Virus record (IMG/VR): IMGVR_UViG_3300026209_000002
Coordinates: 3,708-67,707 of that record
Reading direction: 5' to 3' (one strand)
DNA length: 64,000 nucleotides
Source of the DNA: a virus
Made by a program: the position numbers and the translations under genes. The notes under the pieces were generated by a model, which saw nothing but the letters and a program-made list of their open reading frames with translations, was not told the DNA's origin and ran no database searches. Below are positions 28,073 through 38,646 of the stretch, in pieces; the stretch's first letter is position 1, and every line of letters begins with the position of its first letter.

Positions 28073-30873
28073 AACAGTTAGATAGAATCCTTAGTGGTTC
28101 ATTACAAGTTTCTGGAAGTTCAGGACTTACTGGTTCTCTTTCTGTTGGAGGAGAGGTGAGTGCAACTGGGGCACTTAGTGCTTCTGAATTTGCTGGTTCA
28201 GGTAGTTCATTAACTAATATACCTACTTCTGCGATTGATGGTGAGTTAGGAATTTTTGTAAGAACAGGGTCAGCGTATTCTACTACAAACGAGTTACAAA
28301 TAACAGGAAGTGTATATACTTCAGGTGCTATAACTGCAAGTGGTGATATTAGTGGTTCAGTAACTTCAACTGGTTCTTTTGGTAAGTTAGAGGTTGCTGG
28401 TAATTCAACACTTACAGGTGACTTAACACTTGGTGGTAATATACAGATTGGTGATGAGGATAGTGATTCAATAACAATCAACGCAGACTTAACCTCTAAT
28501 CTTATACCAAATGTAGATAGTACATATGATATAGGTAGTACATCCAAATATTGGAGAAATGCTTATATTGATTCATTAACAACTACTGGAAATATTACTA
28601 CTCAAGGTGATGTGATAGCTGAAAATTATATTGTTAGTTCTTCGGTTACTTATATGACTTCAAGTTACGCAAGTGGTTCAACAATATGGGGTAATAGTTT
28701 AGATGATTCACATCAAATTACTGGTAGTCTTAATATAACTGGTTCTTCTTCTACTGTTTCTGGAACATTAGCAGTAACTACACCATTAACTTCATCTACA
28801 GCAATTTATACTAATAATGTACAAAATGGATATCCAACTTCTAATTTATGGCAAAAAAGTTTAGATGGTAGTTATTTTAATAATTTTGATAATACAACTC
28901 ATGTGAGTGAGATTTTAAGATTTATGTCTGGAGTGTTAAGTCATTCCTTAGATGTAGCAGACGCCGCTCCAAATACAAAAACATTTGCAAGTGTAGATAC
29001 TAATGAAACTAATTTAGGTAGTACTGATTCTATTTCTGGATATGTACCAACAAATTATACAGGTTTAAGTAACGCAACTTTAAATTATTTAGTAGGTAAA
29101 GATTGGGCGAGTGTAGGTTCAACAATTTTTAATGGTATTTCGGTATATCACGATAATGGTCCAACTTATTATGTAGATTTTGATTCAAATAGTGGTGGTT
29201 CTACAGCAATTAGTTCTTCAAATGATACAGAACTATTTGGGTTAGGTGGATTATCAAGTGGAGATGCAGCAAACTTTAAAGTTAGAATACATGCAACACA
29301 ATCTTTTAGTGATACAGGTAGTATAGCAAATCCATCATCTTCATATACATACACCACACAATCAAGAATGGATTTAACATTAAGTTCATTTGGAACATCT
29401 AATGGAATGAATCTTAACAAATTGATAACAACACAACCAGCAGTCATTCCATCAGCGTATCAAGATGGTAAGTTAGCAGATGTAGGTGGAACGGATATGA
29501 CTGGTTCTTTAACACGAAAATATCATGCATCAAATGCTACTTGGACTTCTTTATCATCAAGTGGATATTATAATTTTCATGGTTTGGCAGTAGGAATAGC
29601 AACTGGTTCAAGTACAACATATCAAACTGTAAGTGGAACAGATAAAAATAATTTTTGGGCACCAGTAGATACGATTGATTCTGCAATAGGAACTAATACA
29701 TTAGCAGATGTTGGAACAGCACAAAAAGCATTAACTGCAACATCAAGAAGTTTAAGTGGAGCTCCTTATTTAATAGATGCAACTTATGAAGTATCAACAA
29801 AAATTACAGGATTGTTTAATCCAATGTATGCAGCATCAACCACATTAGTGGATATGGCAGCATCTTCAGTAGGAGCTGGTAGTGTTTCAATAAGTGGTGA
29901 TGTGATTTCAACTAGCGGGGGAACAATTCAGACAAGTGGGAAAGTTTTTCAAAGTGATGGAAGTACTCCAGTAAATAGCGGAGTACCAAGATATAATGAT
30001 ATTGCTATAGTTACTGCTTCAGTTAGTTTTGATAGTGGAAATAATGAAAATATAAATCAAACTGGAGTTGGTGATACAACATTTACAGTAGCTACAAAGG
30101 CAAGAAATAGAAATAGTTCACAATCTACATTAGATACTCAAACTATCACATATCATACCGCAGGTAATTTTGGACAACCTGCCGATAGTGGTAGTTTAGG
30201 AATATATGGTAGAGCACAAGGATATGATGGTGGTAGTTTAACAGGAACAAGTGAAGCATTTACTGGTGAAGATTATAGAATAAAATTATTAGATAATGTT
30301 ACAGCATTTAATGGAACTGCTTGGACTACAACTTATGAGATAAATCAATTAGGAACTTACGATTTACAAGTAAAACCTGGATACTTAGTAGACCCAGGTG
30401 GTACTTACAGATATTGGTATCCAAATAATTATCATAGTGGTGGAACATATAAATTTTATATACGAAGATTCCAAACAAGTGGAACTAAATCTTCAATGAC
30501 AGTTGATGTAGGTAAAACATTAGTGGGTTGGGATACTACAACAAGTGGTGTTGCCGTAGGAATGATATATAAGAGTTCAGCGAGTGGTAGTGGAGCTTCA
30601 CCTTTAAGTACTTGTAGATTATATGATGCATCAGCTACAACCGATAATGTGATAGAAACAGGTGTGGCCGCGGATAACTTTAAAAATCCATTTACAACGG
30701 CAATAGATTTATATGGTAATACAGGTGGAAGTATTAGTAGTACAGAATATACAATGCCAATAAGAAATGCAGATGGTATGATTTTAAATGCATCAGATAA
30801 TGAATTATATGTAATAGTTAGATATAAGGGAGATCAAGCTCCTGTAACTTCAATTACATTAACTTTTAGTTAG
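28054..30873 (+). CDS. Tail fibre / fibre-like structural protein
   Basis: S/G/T-rich; shares modules with ORFs 30881 and 33192. Confidence 0.7.
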   Translation: MALIGLKQLDRILSGSLQVSGSSGLTGSLSVGGEVSATGALSASEFAGSGSSLTNIPTSAIDGELGIFVRTGSAYSTTNELQITGSVYTSGAITASGDISGSVTSTGSFGKLEVAGNSTLTGDLTLGGNIQIGDEDSDSITINADLTSNLIPNVDSTYDIGSTSKYWRNAYIDSLTTTGNITTQGDVIAENYIVSSSVTYMTSSYASGSTIWGNSLDDSHQITGSLNITGSSSTVSGTLAVTTPLTSSTAIYTNNVQNGYPTSNLWQKSLDGSYFNNFDNTTHVSEILRFMSGVLSHSLDVADAAPNTKTFASVDTNETNLGSTDSISGYVPTNYTGLSNATLNYLVGKDWASVGSTIFNGISVYHDNGPTYYVDFDSNSGGSTAISSSNDTELFGLGGLSSGDAANFKVRIHATQSFSDTGSIANPSSSYTYTTQSRMDLTLSSFGTSNGMNLNKLITTQPAVIPSAYQDGKLADVGGTDMTGSLTRKYHASNATWTSLSSSGYYNFHGLAVGIATGSSTTYQTVSGTDKNNFWAPVDTIDSAIGTNTLADVGTAQKALTATSRSLSGAPYLIDATYEVSTKITGLFNPMYAASTTLVDMAASSVGAGSVSISGDVISTSGGTIQTSGKVFQSDGSTPVNSGVPRYNDIAIVTASVSFDSGNNENINQTGVGDTTFTVATKARNRNSSQSTLDTQTITYHTAGNFGQPADSGSLGIYGRAQGYDGGSLTGTSEAFTGEDYRIKLLDNVTAFNGTAWTTTYEINQLGTYDLQVKPGYLVDPGGTYRYWYPNNYHSGGTYKFYIRRFQTSGTKSSMTVDVGKTLVGWDTTTSGVAVGMIYKSSASGSGASPLSTCRLYDASATTDNVIETGVAADNFKNPFTTAIDLYGNTGGSISSTEYTMPIRNADGMILNASDNELYVIVRYKGDQAPVTSITLTFS

Positions 30874-30880
30874 GAATGAT

Positions 30881-32545
30881 ATGGCTCAAATAGATTCAGG
30901 TTCAAAATCAAGTAGACTCTTAGCGTCAAGAAGATATACACATGATACGCTTACGACTGCTCAAGAGTCATTTACTAATGTACTTGATTTAAGAGAAGAA
31001 GAGATTTATACTCAAGGAAGTTACATTCCTTCGTCTGGATTACCTTTTAGTGGAAGTGCTGATGTTAATCAAACTCATACTGTTAGTGGTTCATCTGTAT
31101 TAAAATATTGGTATAGACATAAACTGACAAAATCAGATACTAATAATGAAGTTTGGTTCTTTTTGGACCCAGCTGGAAGTGATGATGGAGTAGGTGCTCA
31201 GTTGATTAATGATAATCAAGAGGTAAATTTTGTATCACCTAAATATGCAGTATCATCTTTAGCGACCTCTACTGTAGAGGACACCACACCTGGTTACTTA
31301 GCAGTATTATATAAATCAACGGCTGTAAGTCAAAGTGCTCAAACATCATCCTTATCGTCAGGAGATAAAATATCTACCAATGATTATATATTTGATTATA
31401 AAACAGGTGTAGTTCAATTTATGAATTCTTCAGTTGACCCAACTGATAGTCAATATGTTTTTATGTCTGTATATCAATATACAGGAACTACATTATCTAC
31501 AGGTGTTGATATTAGAGGTGATATTTCAGCTTCAAATGCTAAGTTTACTTCAGTAGATATTTCAGGTGGAACAATATCAGCTACTTTATCAGGGGCGTTA
31601 TCAAGTTCTGTTCAAATTGAAAGTGATATAAGTGGTTCTTGGCAAGGATATATAACAGGAAGTGGTATTGTATCTGGTTCAGTTCAGATTGAAGATGATA
31701 TAAGTGGTTCTTTATCACAAGGACATTTAAGCTCGAAAGTATCAGATATTGTTAGTGGGTCTATTCAATTAGCTTCAGATATAAGTGGTTCACTATCGCA
31801 AGCCCATTTAAGTTCAAAGATATCTAATATAGTATCTGGTTCTGTTCAGATTGAAGATGATATAAGTGGTTCTTTATCACAAGCACATTTAAGTTCAAAG
31901 ATATCTAATATAGTATCTGGTTCAGTCCAAATTGAAAGTGATATAAGTGGTTCTTGGCAAGGATTTATAACAGGAAGTGGTATTGTATCTGGATCTTCAA
32001 TGGCAAGCTCAGCTCAAGGTCAAGTTACACTTACTACAAATGGAGTAGCTGCTTCAGCAGTAGATTTAGGATTACAAACTACTGATTCACCTACATTTAG
32101 TGGATTAACAGTAGAAGGGGATTTAACAGCACAACAATATATTGTAAGTTCATCTGTAACTTATACTACACAAAGTTTTTCAAGTGGTAGTACAATTTTT
32201 GGTGATGATATTACAGATACACACCAATTTACTGGGTCTATTAGTATTAGTGGTAGTTATTTGGGTACTTCCTTAGTAAGTGGTTCTGGACAAGTTGTAT
32301 CTCTTTTACCAAGTGGAACTATGAGTGGTAGTGCACAACTTCCAAGTGGAACTATGAGTGGTAGTGGTCAACTTCCAAGTGGAGTTATTAGTGGTTCTTC
32401 ACAATTATCACAAGGATTTGGTAATATAAGTGGTAGTTTAACTTCAACTGGTTCATTTGGTAAAGTATTAGGTGATGGTTCAGATTTAGAAAATTTACCT
32501 TCAGACCCATCTTCTATTGCAATGGCTATAGTATTTGGAGGTTAA
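30881..32545 (+). CDS. Tail fibre-like protein with internal tandem repeats
   Basis: SGSVQIExDISGS repeats; ends IAMAIVFGG. Confidence 0.7.
   Translation: MAQIDSGSKSSRLLASRRYTHDTLTTAQESFTNVLDLREEEIYTQGSYIPSSGLPFSGSADVNQTHTVSGSSVLKYWYRHKLTKSDTNNEVWFFLDPAGSDDGVGAQLINDNQEVNFVSPKYAVSSLATSTVEDTTPGYLAVLYKSTAVSQSAQTSSLSSGDKISTNDYIFDYKTGVVQFMNSSVDPTDSQYVFMSVYQYTGTTLSTGVDIRGDISASNAKFTSVDISGGTISATLSGALSSSVQIESDISGSWQGYITGSGIVSGSVQIEDDISGSLSQGHLSSKVSDIVSGSIQLASDISGSLSQAHLSSKISNIVSGSVQIEDDISGSLSQAHLSSKISNIVSGSVQIESDISGSWQGFITGSGIVSGSSMASSAQGQVTLTTNGVAASAVDLGLQTTDSPTFSGLTVEGDLTAQQYIVSSSVTYTTQSFSSGSTIFGDDITDTHQFTGSISISGSYLGTSLVSGSGQVVSLLPSGTMSGSAQLPSGTMSGSGQLPSGVISGSSQLSQGFGNISGSLTSTGSFGKVLGDGSDLENLPSDPSSIAMAIVFGG
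31601..31990 (+). repeat. In-frame tandem repeats (five 24-27 aa units) in the fibre gene
   Basis: Unit SGSVQIE[SD]DISGS-(WQG.ITGSGIV or LSQ.HLSSK.S.IV), near-identical at DNA level. Confidence 0.85.
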
Positions 32546-32600
32546 TTTTGAAAAATTTAATATTTATAGTAGAAGAAAAGTGTCTTAATAGGAAATAATA

Positions 32601-32927
32601 ATGGCAAATACGTTTAAAAATGCAACAGCTACGGTAACTTCAAATACTGCAGATACCTATTTGTATACGACACCATCTGCGACAACTTCAGTTGTACATG
32701 CGGTTTATGTGTCAAATACAGGTTCGGAAACAATTAAAGCTGATTTAAAAGTATTAGATGCATCAGCGTCTACGACTTCTAGTCTTATAACAAACGCTAT
32801 AATTGTACCTGGAAGTACTTTTATATTAGATAAACCAGTTAATTTAGAAACAACAGATTCACTTTGTATACGACCTGATACAGCTAATAGTACACAAGTT
32901 GTAGCTTCAATACTACAAATTACTTAG
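32601..32927 (+). CDS. Small fibre-associated structural protein (MANTFK type)
   Basis: Beta-rich 108 aa; preceded by ATATTTAT at 32560-32567. Confidence 0.6.
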   Translation: MANTFKNATATVTSNTADTYLYTTPSATTSVVHAVYVSNTGSETIKADLKVLDASASTTSSLITNAIIVPGSTFILDKPVNLETTDSLCIRPDTANSTQVVASILQIT

Positions 32928-32946
32928 AAAGAGATATTTATTTAAT

Positions 32947-33177
32947 ATGGCATATATAGGCAATGACCCAACAACAATGGAAAGAGGAGTATTTGAATTA
33001 AACTCTAACGGTGATTTACAACCTATAGATAGGTATTGGCCTATAAATGACCCAAATTTTGAATTAAGTGAAGATGGACAAGATATTATGTTAAGAGTGA
33101 GCAACTATTTTAAACACGCATATGAAACGAATGGTTTGACAGATGCACAAATTGAGGATCTAACCATATATGGTTAG
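32947..33177 (+). CDS. Small hypothetical protein with duplicated FEL...GD motif
   Basis: FELNSNGDLQP and FELSEDGQDIM; ATATTTAT at 32934-32941 just upstream. Confidence 0.55.
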   Translation: MAYIGNDPTTMERGVFELNSNGDLQPIDRYWPINDPNFELSEDGQDIMLRVSNYFKHAYETNGLTDAQIEDLTIYG

Positions 33178-33191
33178 GTAGGAGTTAAAGA

Positions 33192-36100
33192 ATGGCAACA
33201 AAAAATATAGTCCCCCGCACTGATGGCGAGGGAAAACTCGGTAAGTCAGGACAACGGTGGGGACAAGGTAATTTTGTAACAGGAAGTTTTGCTTTTGTTA
33301 GTAGTTCTTTAATTCCAGATACAACAGACAGTTATAATTTAGGTTCTGCAGCCAAAGCGTGGAGTAAGTTATATGTAATCACATCTTCAATCGTATTTGT
33401 AGATGGTGAGGGAAGTACTATACAGACACTTACAGCAAATACAACAGGTTTTGCTTTAGGTAATATTAGTGGTTCAGCTATTAGTGGTTCAGGGTTGATG
33501 GTTAATGGTAATGCTAATATTACTGGAGATTTAACTCTTGGTGGAAATATAACAATAGGAGATGCGGAATCTGATTCAATAACTATAACAGCAGATTTAA
33601 GTTCAAGTATAATACCAGATGCAAGTGATTCTTATGATTTAGGTAGTGATTCTAAAAGATGGAATGATTTTTATTTAAGTGGTTCACTTTCAGCAAGTGG
33701 TGGACCAGTAGATATAGATAGTACTACTACAGTTGCGATAGATGCAACTACAACATTGAGTGCAAAAGGTGCTGGTGGAGCATCATTTGGTGATGATGTA
33801 GGTACTTGGGAATTTGACGGTGCGGGAGCATTATCTGAAACAGGAATGACAACTGTTTCTATAACACCATCCAGTACATTAGATATAGATGCTGGTGGAG
33901 CAGTTACCATAGATGGTTCTGCAATTACTATTGGTGGAGATTCAGATGTAGCTATAGACATGGATGCAAGTACATTTGATGTAGATGCAAGTGGAGCAAT
34001 TACTATTGATGGTACATCAGGAATATCAATTGACGCAGCTGCGGCAAGTAATTTATCAACATCAGCAGGATTATTGACATTAAGTGGTAATGCTGGAGTA
34101 CAATTAACTGGAAATGTAACTGCTAGTGGACATATAAGTGCAAGTGGTACAATATACGCAGATAATTTTCAATCTGCAGGTGAAGATGTCGGAGGAATAT
34201 CATTCGCTGATGATTTAAATATTACAGGAGATATTACAGCAAGTGGAAATATTAGTAGCTCATTAACTTCAACTGGTTCATTTGGTGCAGTTACTATGGC
34301 AGAAGTTATAGGTAATTGGACAAACGCTGGAAATACAGTAGCAGATTTAGGAACTGTAACAACTGCAGATATTAATGGTGGAACAGTTGATGGAGCTAAT
34401 GTTACGGTTGGTAGTGGAAAAACTTTAGATGTAAGTGGTGGTACACTAACCACATCAGCAGCTCAAAAAGAAGCAATTATGGAAGGAGCTGGAGCCAACA
34501 TTGATATAGGAGCTTTTGATTTAAGAGCAGCTACAATAACACCAGATGGTTTAACAAGTGGAAGAGTTGTATTTGCAGGAACAAATGGAGTTCTATCAGA
34601 CGATAGTGATTTCACTTTTAGTGGAGAGACATTAACAGCGACAAGTCTTAGTTCTACAGCGATAACTGGTAGTACTATAAGTGCGAGTGGAGATGTTAGA
34701 GCAGCTAATCTTTATGGACAAGTTGCAACAGCAGCTCAAACTAATATTACTTCAATTTATGCTACGGATTTGATTTTAGGAGAAGATTCTCAAACTGCTA
34801 TTGATTTTGGAACAACAAATGAAATACGATTTAATGCTGATAATCAGGTACAGATTAAGATTGCAGATGGAGTAGTACAACCACTTACAGATAGTGATGT
34901 TGATTTAGGTACTTCATCAGTTTATTGGAAAGATGCCTTTATTGATTCAGTAACAACCACAGGTAATGTGAGTGGTTCATTAACTTCAACTGGTTCATTT
35001 GGTAGAGTATCTGCGACTGATATTGATTTAGCTTCCATAAAAGGAAATTGGACAAATGCAGGTAACACAGTAGCAGATTTAGGTACTATCACTACAGCAG
35101 ATATAAATGGTGGTACAATTGATGGAGCAACAATAGCAACATCTGATGTAACTGTAGGTTCAGGTAAAACATTAAATGTAAGTGCTGGTACATTAACGAC
35201 ATCAACTGCACAAAAATTAGCTATAGTTGAAGGTGTTGGTGGAGATACAGATATAGGATCTCATGATTTTAGAGCGGCAACATTAACTGCAGACGGATTA
35301 ACAAGTGGTAGAGTTGTATTTGCAGGAACAAACGGAGTATTAAGTGATGATTCAGATTTAACATTTACTGGAGCAACACTTTCAGCAACAAATTTAACCA
35401 CTACAGGAACAATAAAAGATTTTACCCTTGTAAGTGGTAGTTCAGTTTCAACTGGTTCATTTGGAAATTTAACAGTAGTTGGTGGAGTTACACAAACAGT
35501 ATCACCACTTACTTCAGATGGAGCAGCACTTGGAACTACTTCTAAGATGTGGAGTGATTTATTCCTCGCAGATGGTGGAGTAATTAATTTTAATAATGGT
35601 GATGTAACTCTAACACATAGTTCTAATAAAGTAACATTAGGTGGTGGTGATTTAGATATAGATGGAGCTATGACAATTACAGGAAATATTACTGGTGATA
35701 GCGGTAACATGACAATAGCCGCAAGTGGGGGAGATGTATTAATTGAAGGTTCTACTTTTAGTGGAAATAATGTAACTATTCCAGGTAATTTAACGGTACA
35801 AGGCGACCAAACAAGTATTTCATCTTCAAATCTTGATGTTGTAGATAAAAATATAACTATAGCAAGTGGAAGTACTACATCAGCGTTAATGGACGCAGCT
35901 GGTTTAGATTTTGGAGTTGGTGGTACAGTAGCTAATCTTAGATATTGGCATGCACAAACAGCTATTTCTTCAAGTGTTGAGTTTATAGCTAATGGAGCAA
36001 GATTTGGTTCAACAGTTTCACCTCAAACAAGTGATGGAGCTGCACTAGGTACAACTGCATTACAATGGAGTGATTTATTCTTAGCTGAAGGTGCTGTAAT

Positions 36101-38195
36101 TAATTTTGATAACGGAGATGTTACATTAACTCAAACTGGTGATAGTTTAGCAATAGCAGGTGGAGCATTGAGTGTAGTTGGACATATAAGTTCAAGTGGA
36201 ACTGTAAGTGCATCAGAAGGTAAGTTTACAACAATAGATATAGATGGTGGTTCAATAACAGGAATTACCGACCTTGTAGTGGCCGATGGTGGTACAGGTG
36301 CTTCAACATTCACAGATGGTGGAGTATTATTAGGTAGTGGAACAGGAGCAATTACAGCAACAGCCGCACTTGGAGATGGAGAGATGCTTGTGGGTGATGG
36401 TTCAACAGACCCATCAATAGAAAGTGGTGCAACATTAAGAACTTCAATAGGAGTTGGAACTGGTGATTCACCACAATTTACAGCAATAGAATTAGGACAC
36501 GCCAGTAATACAACGATAGCCAGATCAGGTGCTGGAGATATTACAATAGAGGGTAATCATATTTATAGAGCAGGTGGTACAGATGTAGCAGTAGCCGATG
36601 GTGGAACTGGAGCAAGTACATTAACTGATGGTGGAGTATTATTAGGTAGTGGAACAAGTGCAATTACAGCAATGGCAGTACTTAGTGATGGAGAAATGAT
36701 AGTTGGAGATGGTTCAACTGACCCAGTAGCAGAAAGTGGTGCCACATTAAGAACTTCAATAGGAGTTGGAACTGGTGATGATGTATTATTTGCAGCTATT
36801 AGTGCTAGTGGTGATATAAGTGGCTCATCAACTTCAACTGGTTCGTTTGGTAGAACATCAACAGCTACACTTGATTTAGATAGTATACAGGGTAATTGGA
36901 CAAATGCTGGAAACACCGTAGCCGATTTAGGAACTATTACAACCGTAGATATTAATGGTGGAACAATTAATGGTATTACAGATTTAGCAGTAGCGGATGG
37001 TGGAACTGGTGTAAGTACTTTAACCGATGGTGGTGTTCTTTTAGGAAACGGAGCTGGAGCTATTCAAGCTATGGCAGTTCTCACAGATGGTCAGATGATT
37101 GTTGGAGATGGAACAACAGACCCAGTTGCTGAGAGTGGTGCAACATTAAGAACTTCAATAGGAGTTGGAACTGGTGATGATGTTGTTTTCACAAGTTTAG
37201 AAACAAGTGGTAACGTAAGTGGTTCATCAACTTCAACTGGTTCATTTGGTGCGGTTGTAATGAGTGAGGTTATTGGTAACTGGACAAATGAAGGAAACAC
37301 AATAGCAGATTTAGGAACTGTAACAACTGCTAATATTGATGGTGGTACTGTAGATGGAACTAATGTAACTGTTGGTTCAGGTAAAACATTAAATGTTAGT
37401 GCTGGTACATTAACCACCTCAGCCGCTCAAAAAGCTGCGATAGTTGAAGGTGTTGGAGCTAATGTTGATATAGGAGCTTATGACTTCCGAGCTAACACAG
37501 TTATTGCAGACGATTTGACGAGTGGTAGAGTTGTATTTACTACAACAAATGGACAACTTACAGACGATAGTGATTTATCATTTGATACTGCTACATTAAC
37601 AGCTACTAACTTAACCTCTACAGGAACAATAAAAGATTTTGGATTAGTAAGTGGTAGTTCAGTTTCAACTGGTTCTATTGCGAGAATGAAAGTAATTGAT
37701 AGAATTGATGTAGGAAATGGTACTTCTACCGAACCATCAATAAACTTTGTTTCAGATGGAGATACAGGATTCTTCTTAGAAAGTGCAGATGATATTGGAG
37801 TTTCATTGGGAGCTGTAGAAGAATTTAGATTCGCTAATGGTGGTAACTTTCACGCTGATGCAGATGTCGTAGCGTTTTCATCAACCGTAGCTTCTGATGC
37901 CAGACTTAAAGAAAATGTAGAAGATATATCTTATGGTTTAGGTGATGTCTTACAGTTAAGAGGTGTAGAGTTTGATTGGAAGAAAGAAGGTAGGGGACAC
38001 GATATAGGTTTCATAGCCCAAGAAGTTCAGTCTGTAATTCCTGAAATTGTGAAGGAAGTAGATGGATTAAATGGAAAAGAATCACACTTAACTGTTAATT
38101 ATGCAGCGGTAGTTCCAGTATTGGTTGAATCAATTAAAACTTTAAAAGAAGAAATAGATAATATTAAAGAAAATTGTAAGTGTTTGAAAAAATAA
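33192..38195 (+). CDS. Long tail fibre with internal repeats and a C-terminal intramolecular chaperone (peptidase S74)
   Basis: SDARLKENVEDI...GVEFDWK...GFIAQEV..VIPE.V...VNY; four GNWTN.GNT.ADLGT and three LAVADGGTG-type repeats. Confidence 0.85.
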   Translation: MATKNIVPRTDGEGKLGKSGQRWGQGNFVTGSFAFVSSSLIPDTTDSYNLGSAAKAWSKLYVITSSIVFVDGEGSTIQTLTANTTGFALGNISGSAISGSGLMVNGNANITGDLTLGGNITIGDAESDSITITADLSSSIIPDASDSYDLGSDSKRWNDFYLSGSLSASGGPVDIDSTTTVAIDATTTLSAKGAGGASFGDDVGTWEFDGAGALSETGMTTVSITPSSTLDIDAGGAVTIDGSAITIGGDSDVAIDMDASTFDVDASGAITIDGTSGISIDAAAASNLSTSAGLLTLSGNAGVQLTGNVTASGHISASGTIYADNFQSAGEDVGGISFADDLNITGDITASGNISSSLTSTGSFGAVTMAEVIGNWTNAGNTVADLGTVTTADINGGTVDGANVTVGSGKTLDVSGGTLTTSAAQKEAIMEGAGANIDIGAFDLRAATITPDGLTSGRVVFAGTNGVLSDDSDFTFSGETLTATSLSSTAITGSTISASGDVRAANLYGQVATAAQTNITSIYATDLILGEDSQTAIDFGTTNEIRFNADNQVQIKIADGVVQPLTDSDVDLGTSSVYWKDAFIDSVTTTGNVSGSLTSTGSFGRVSATDIDLASIKGNWTNAGNTVADLGTITTADINGGTIDGATIATSDVTVGSGKTLNVSAGTLTTSTAQKLAIVEGVGGDTDIGSHDFRAATLTADGLTSGRVVFAGTNGVLSDDSDLTFTGATLSATNLTTTGTIKDFTLVSGSSVSTGSFGNLTVVGGVTQTVSPLTSDGAALGTTSKMWSDLFLADGGVINFNNGDVTLTHSSNKVTLGGGDLDIDGAMTITGNITGDSGNMTIAASGGDVLIEGSTFSGNNVTIPGNLTVQGDQTSISSSNLDVVDKNITIASGSTTSALMDAAGLDFGVGGTVANLRYWHAQTAISSSVEFIANGARFGSTVSPQTSDGAALGTTALQWSDLFLAEGAVINFDNGDVTLTQTGDSLAIAGGALSVVGHISSSGTVSASEGKFTTIDIDGGSITGITDLVVADGGTGASTFTDGGVLLGSGTGAITATAALGDGEMLVGDGSTDPSIESGATLRTSIGVGTGDSPQFTAIELGHASNTTIARSGAGDITIEGNHIYRAGGTDVAVADGGTGASTLTDGGVLLGSGTSAITAMAVLSDGEMIVGDGSTDPVAESGATLRTSIGVGTGDDVLFAAISASGDISGSSTSTGSFGRTSTATLDLDSIQGNWTNAGNTVADLGTITTVDINGGTINGITDLAVADGGTGVSTLTDGGVLLGNGAGAIQAMAVLTDGQMIVGDGTTDPVAESGATLRTSIGVGTGDDVVFTSLETSGNVSGSSTSTGSFGAVVMSEVIGNWTNEGNTIADLGTVTTANIDGGTVDGTNVTVGSGKTLNVSAGTLTTSAAQKAAIVEGVGANVDIGAYDFRANTVIADDLTSGRVVFTTTNGQLTDDSDLSFDTATLTATNLTSTGTIKDFGLVSGSSVSTGSIARMKVIDRIDVGNGTSTEPSINFVSDGDTGFFLESADDIGVSLGAVEEFRFANGGNFHADADVVAFSSTVASDARLKENVEDISYGLGDVLQLRGVEFDWKKEGRGHDIGFIAQEVQSVIPEIVKEVDGLNGKESHLTVNYAAVVPVLVESIKTLKEEIDNIKENCKCLKK

Positions 38196-38240
38196 CTTAT
38201 ATTTATATAAAACAATTTTAATTAATTTAGGAGTTATAAC

Positions 38241-38567
38241 ATGCCCGAAAAAGAAAAAACAACTGAAATAGTAGAAGAAACAAAAACAGAATACTCTGGT
38301 GGAGTAAAGTTAGCACAAGAAGAACTTGATGCAGTAAAACAATTACAACAAAAGTATACTGATGTCATATTACGGATTGGTCAGAACAGCTTACAGATGA
38401 ATTCAGTTGAATCTACACTTGATGAGTTAAAAGAAAACCGTGAAGCTTTGACTCAAGAACATCAAGCATTACAAAAAAATGAACAAGAAGTTGTTAAAAG
38501 TCTTACGGACAAATACGGAAATGGAAATTTAGACGTAGATAGTGGTATTTTTACACCAAATGAGTGA
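38241..38567 (+). CDS. Coiled-coil protein, possible fibre assembly chaperone
   Basis: Heptad coiled coil ending KYGNGNLDVDSG; ATATTTAT at 38199-38206; AGGAG SD. Confidence 0.55.
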   Translation: MPEKEKTTEIVEETKTEYSGGVKLAQEELDAVKQLQQKYTDVILRIGQNSLQMNSVESTLDELKENREALTQEHQALQKNEQEVVKSLTDKYGNGNLDVDSGIFTPNE

Positions 38568-38646
38568 TTTTGGGGTTTTTACTTTATATTTATATTTAAC
38601 AAAATTTCGTATATAATACATTTAACAATCATTTAGGAGAAATTCA

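Noticed and set aside
28054-38195. Diversity-generating retroelement acting on the fibres
   Set aside because: No reverse transcriptase in the window, and no template/variable repeat pair differing only at adenines was seen.
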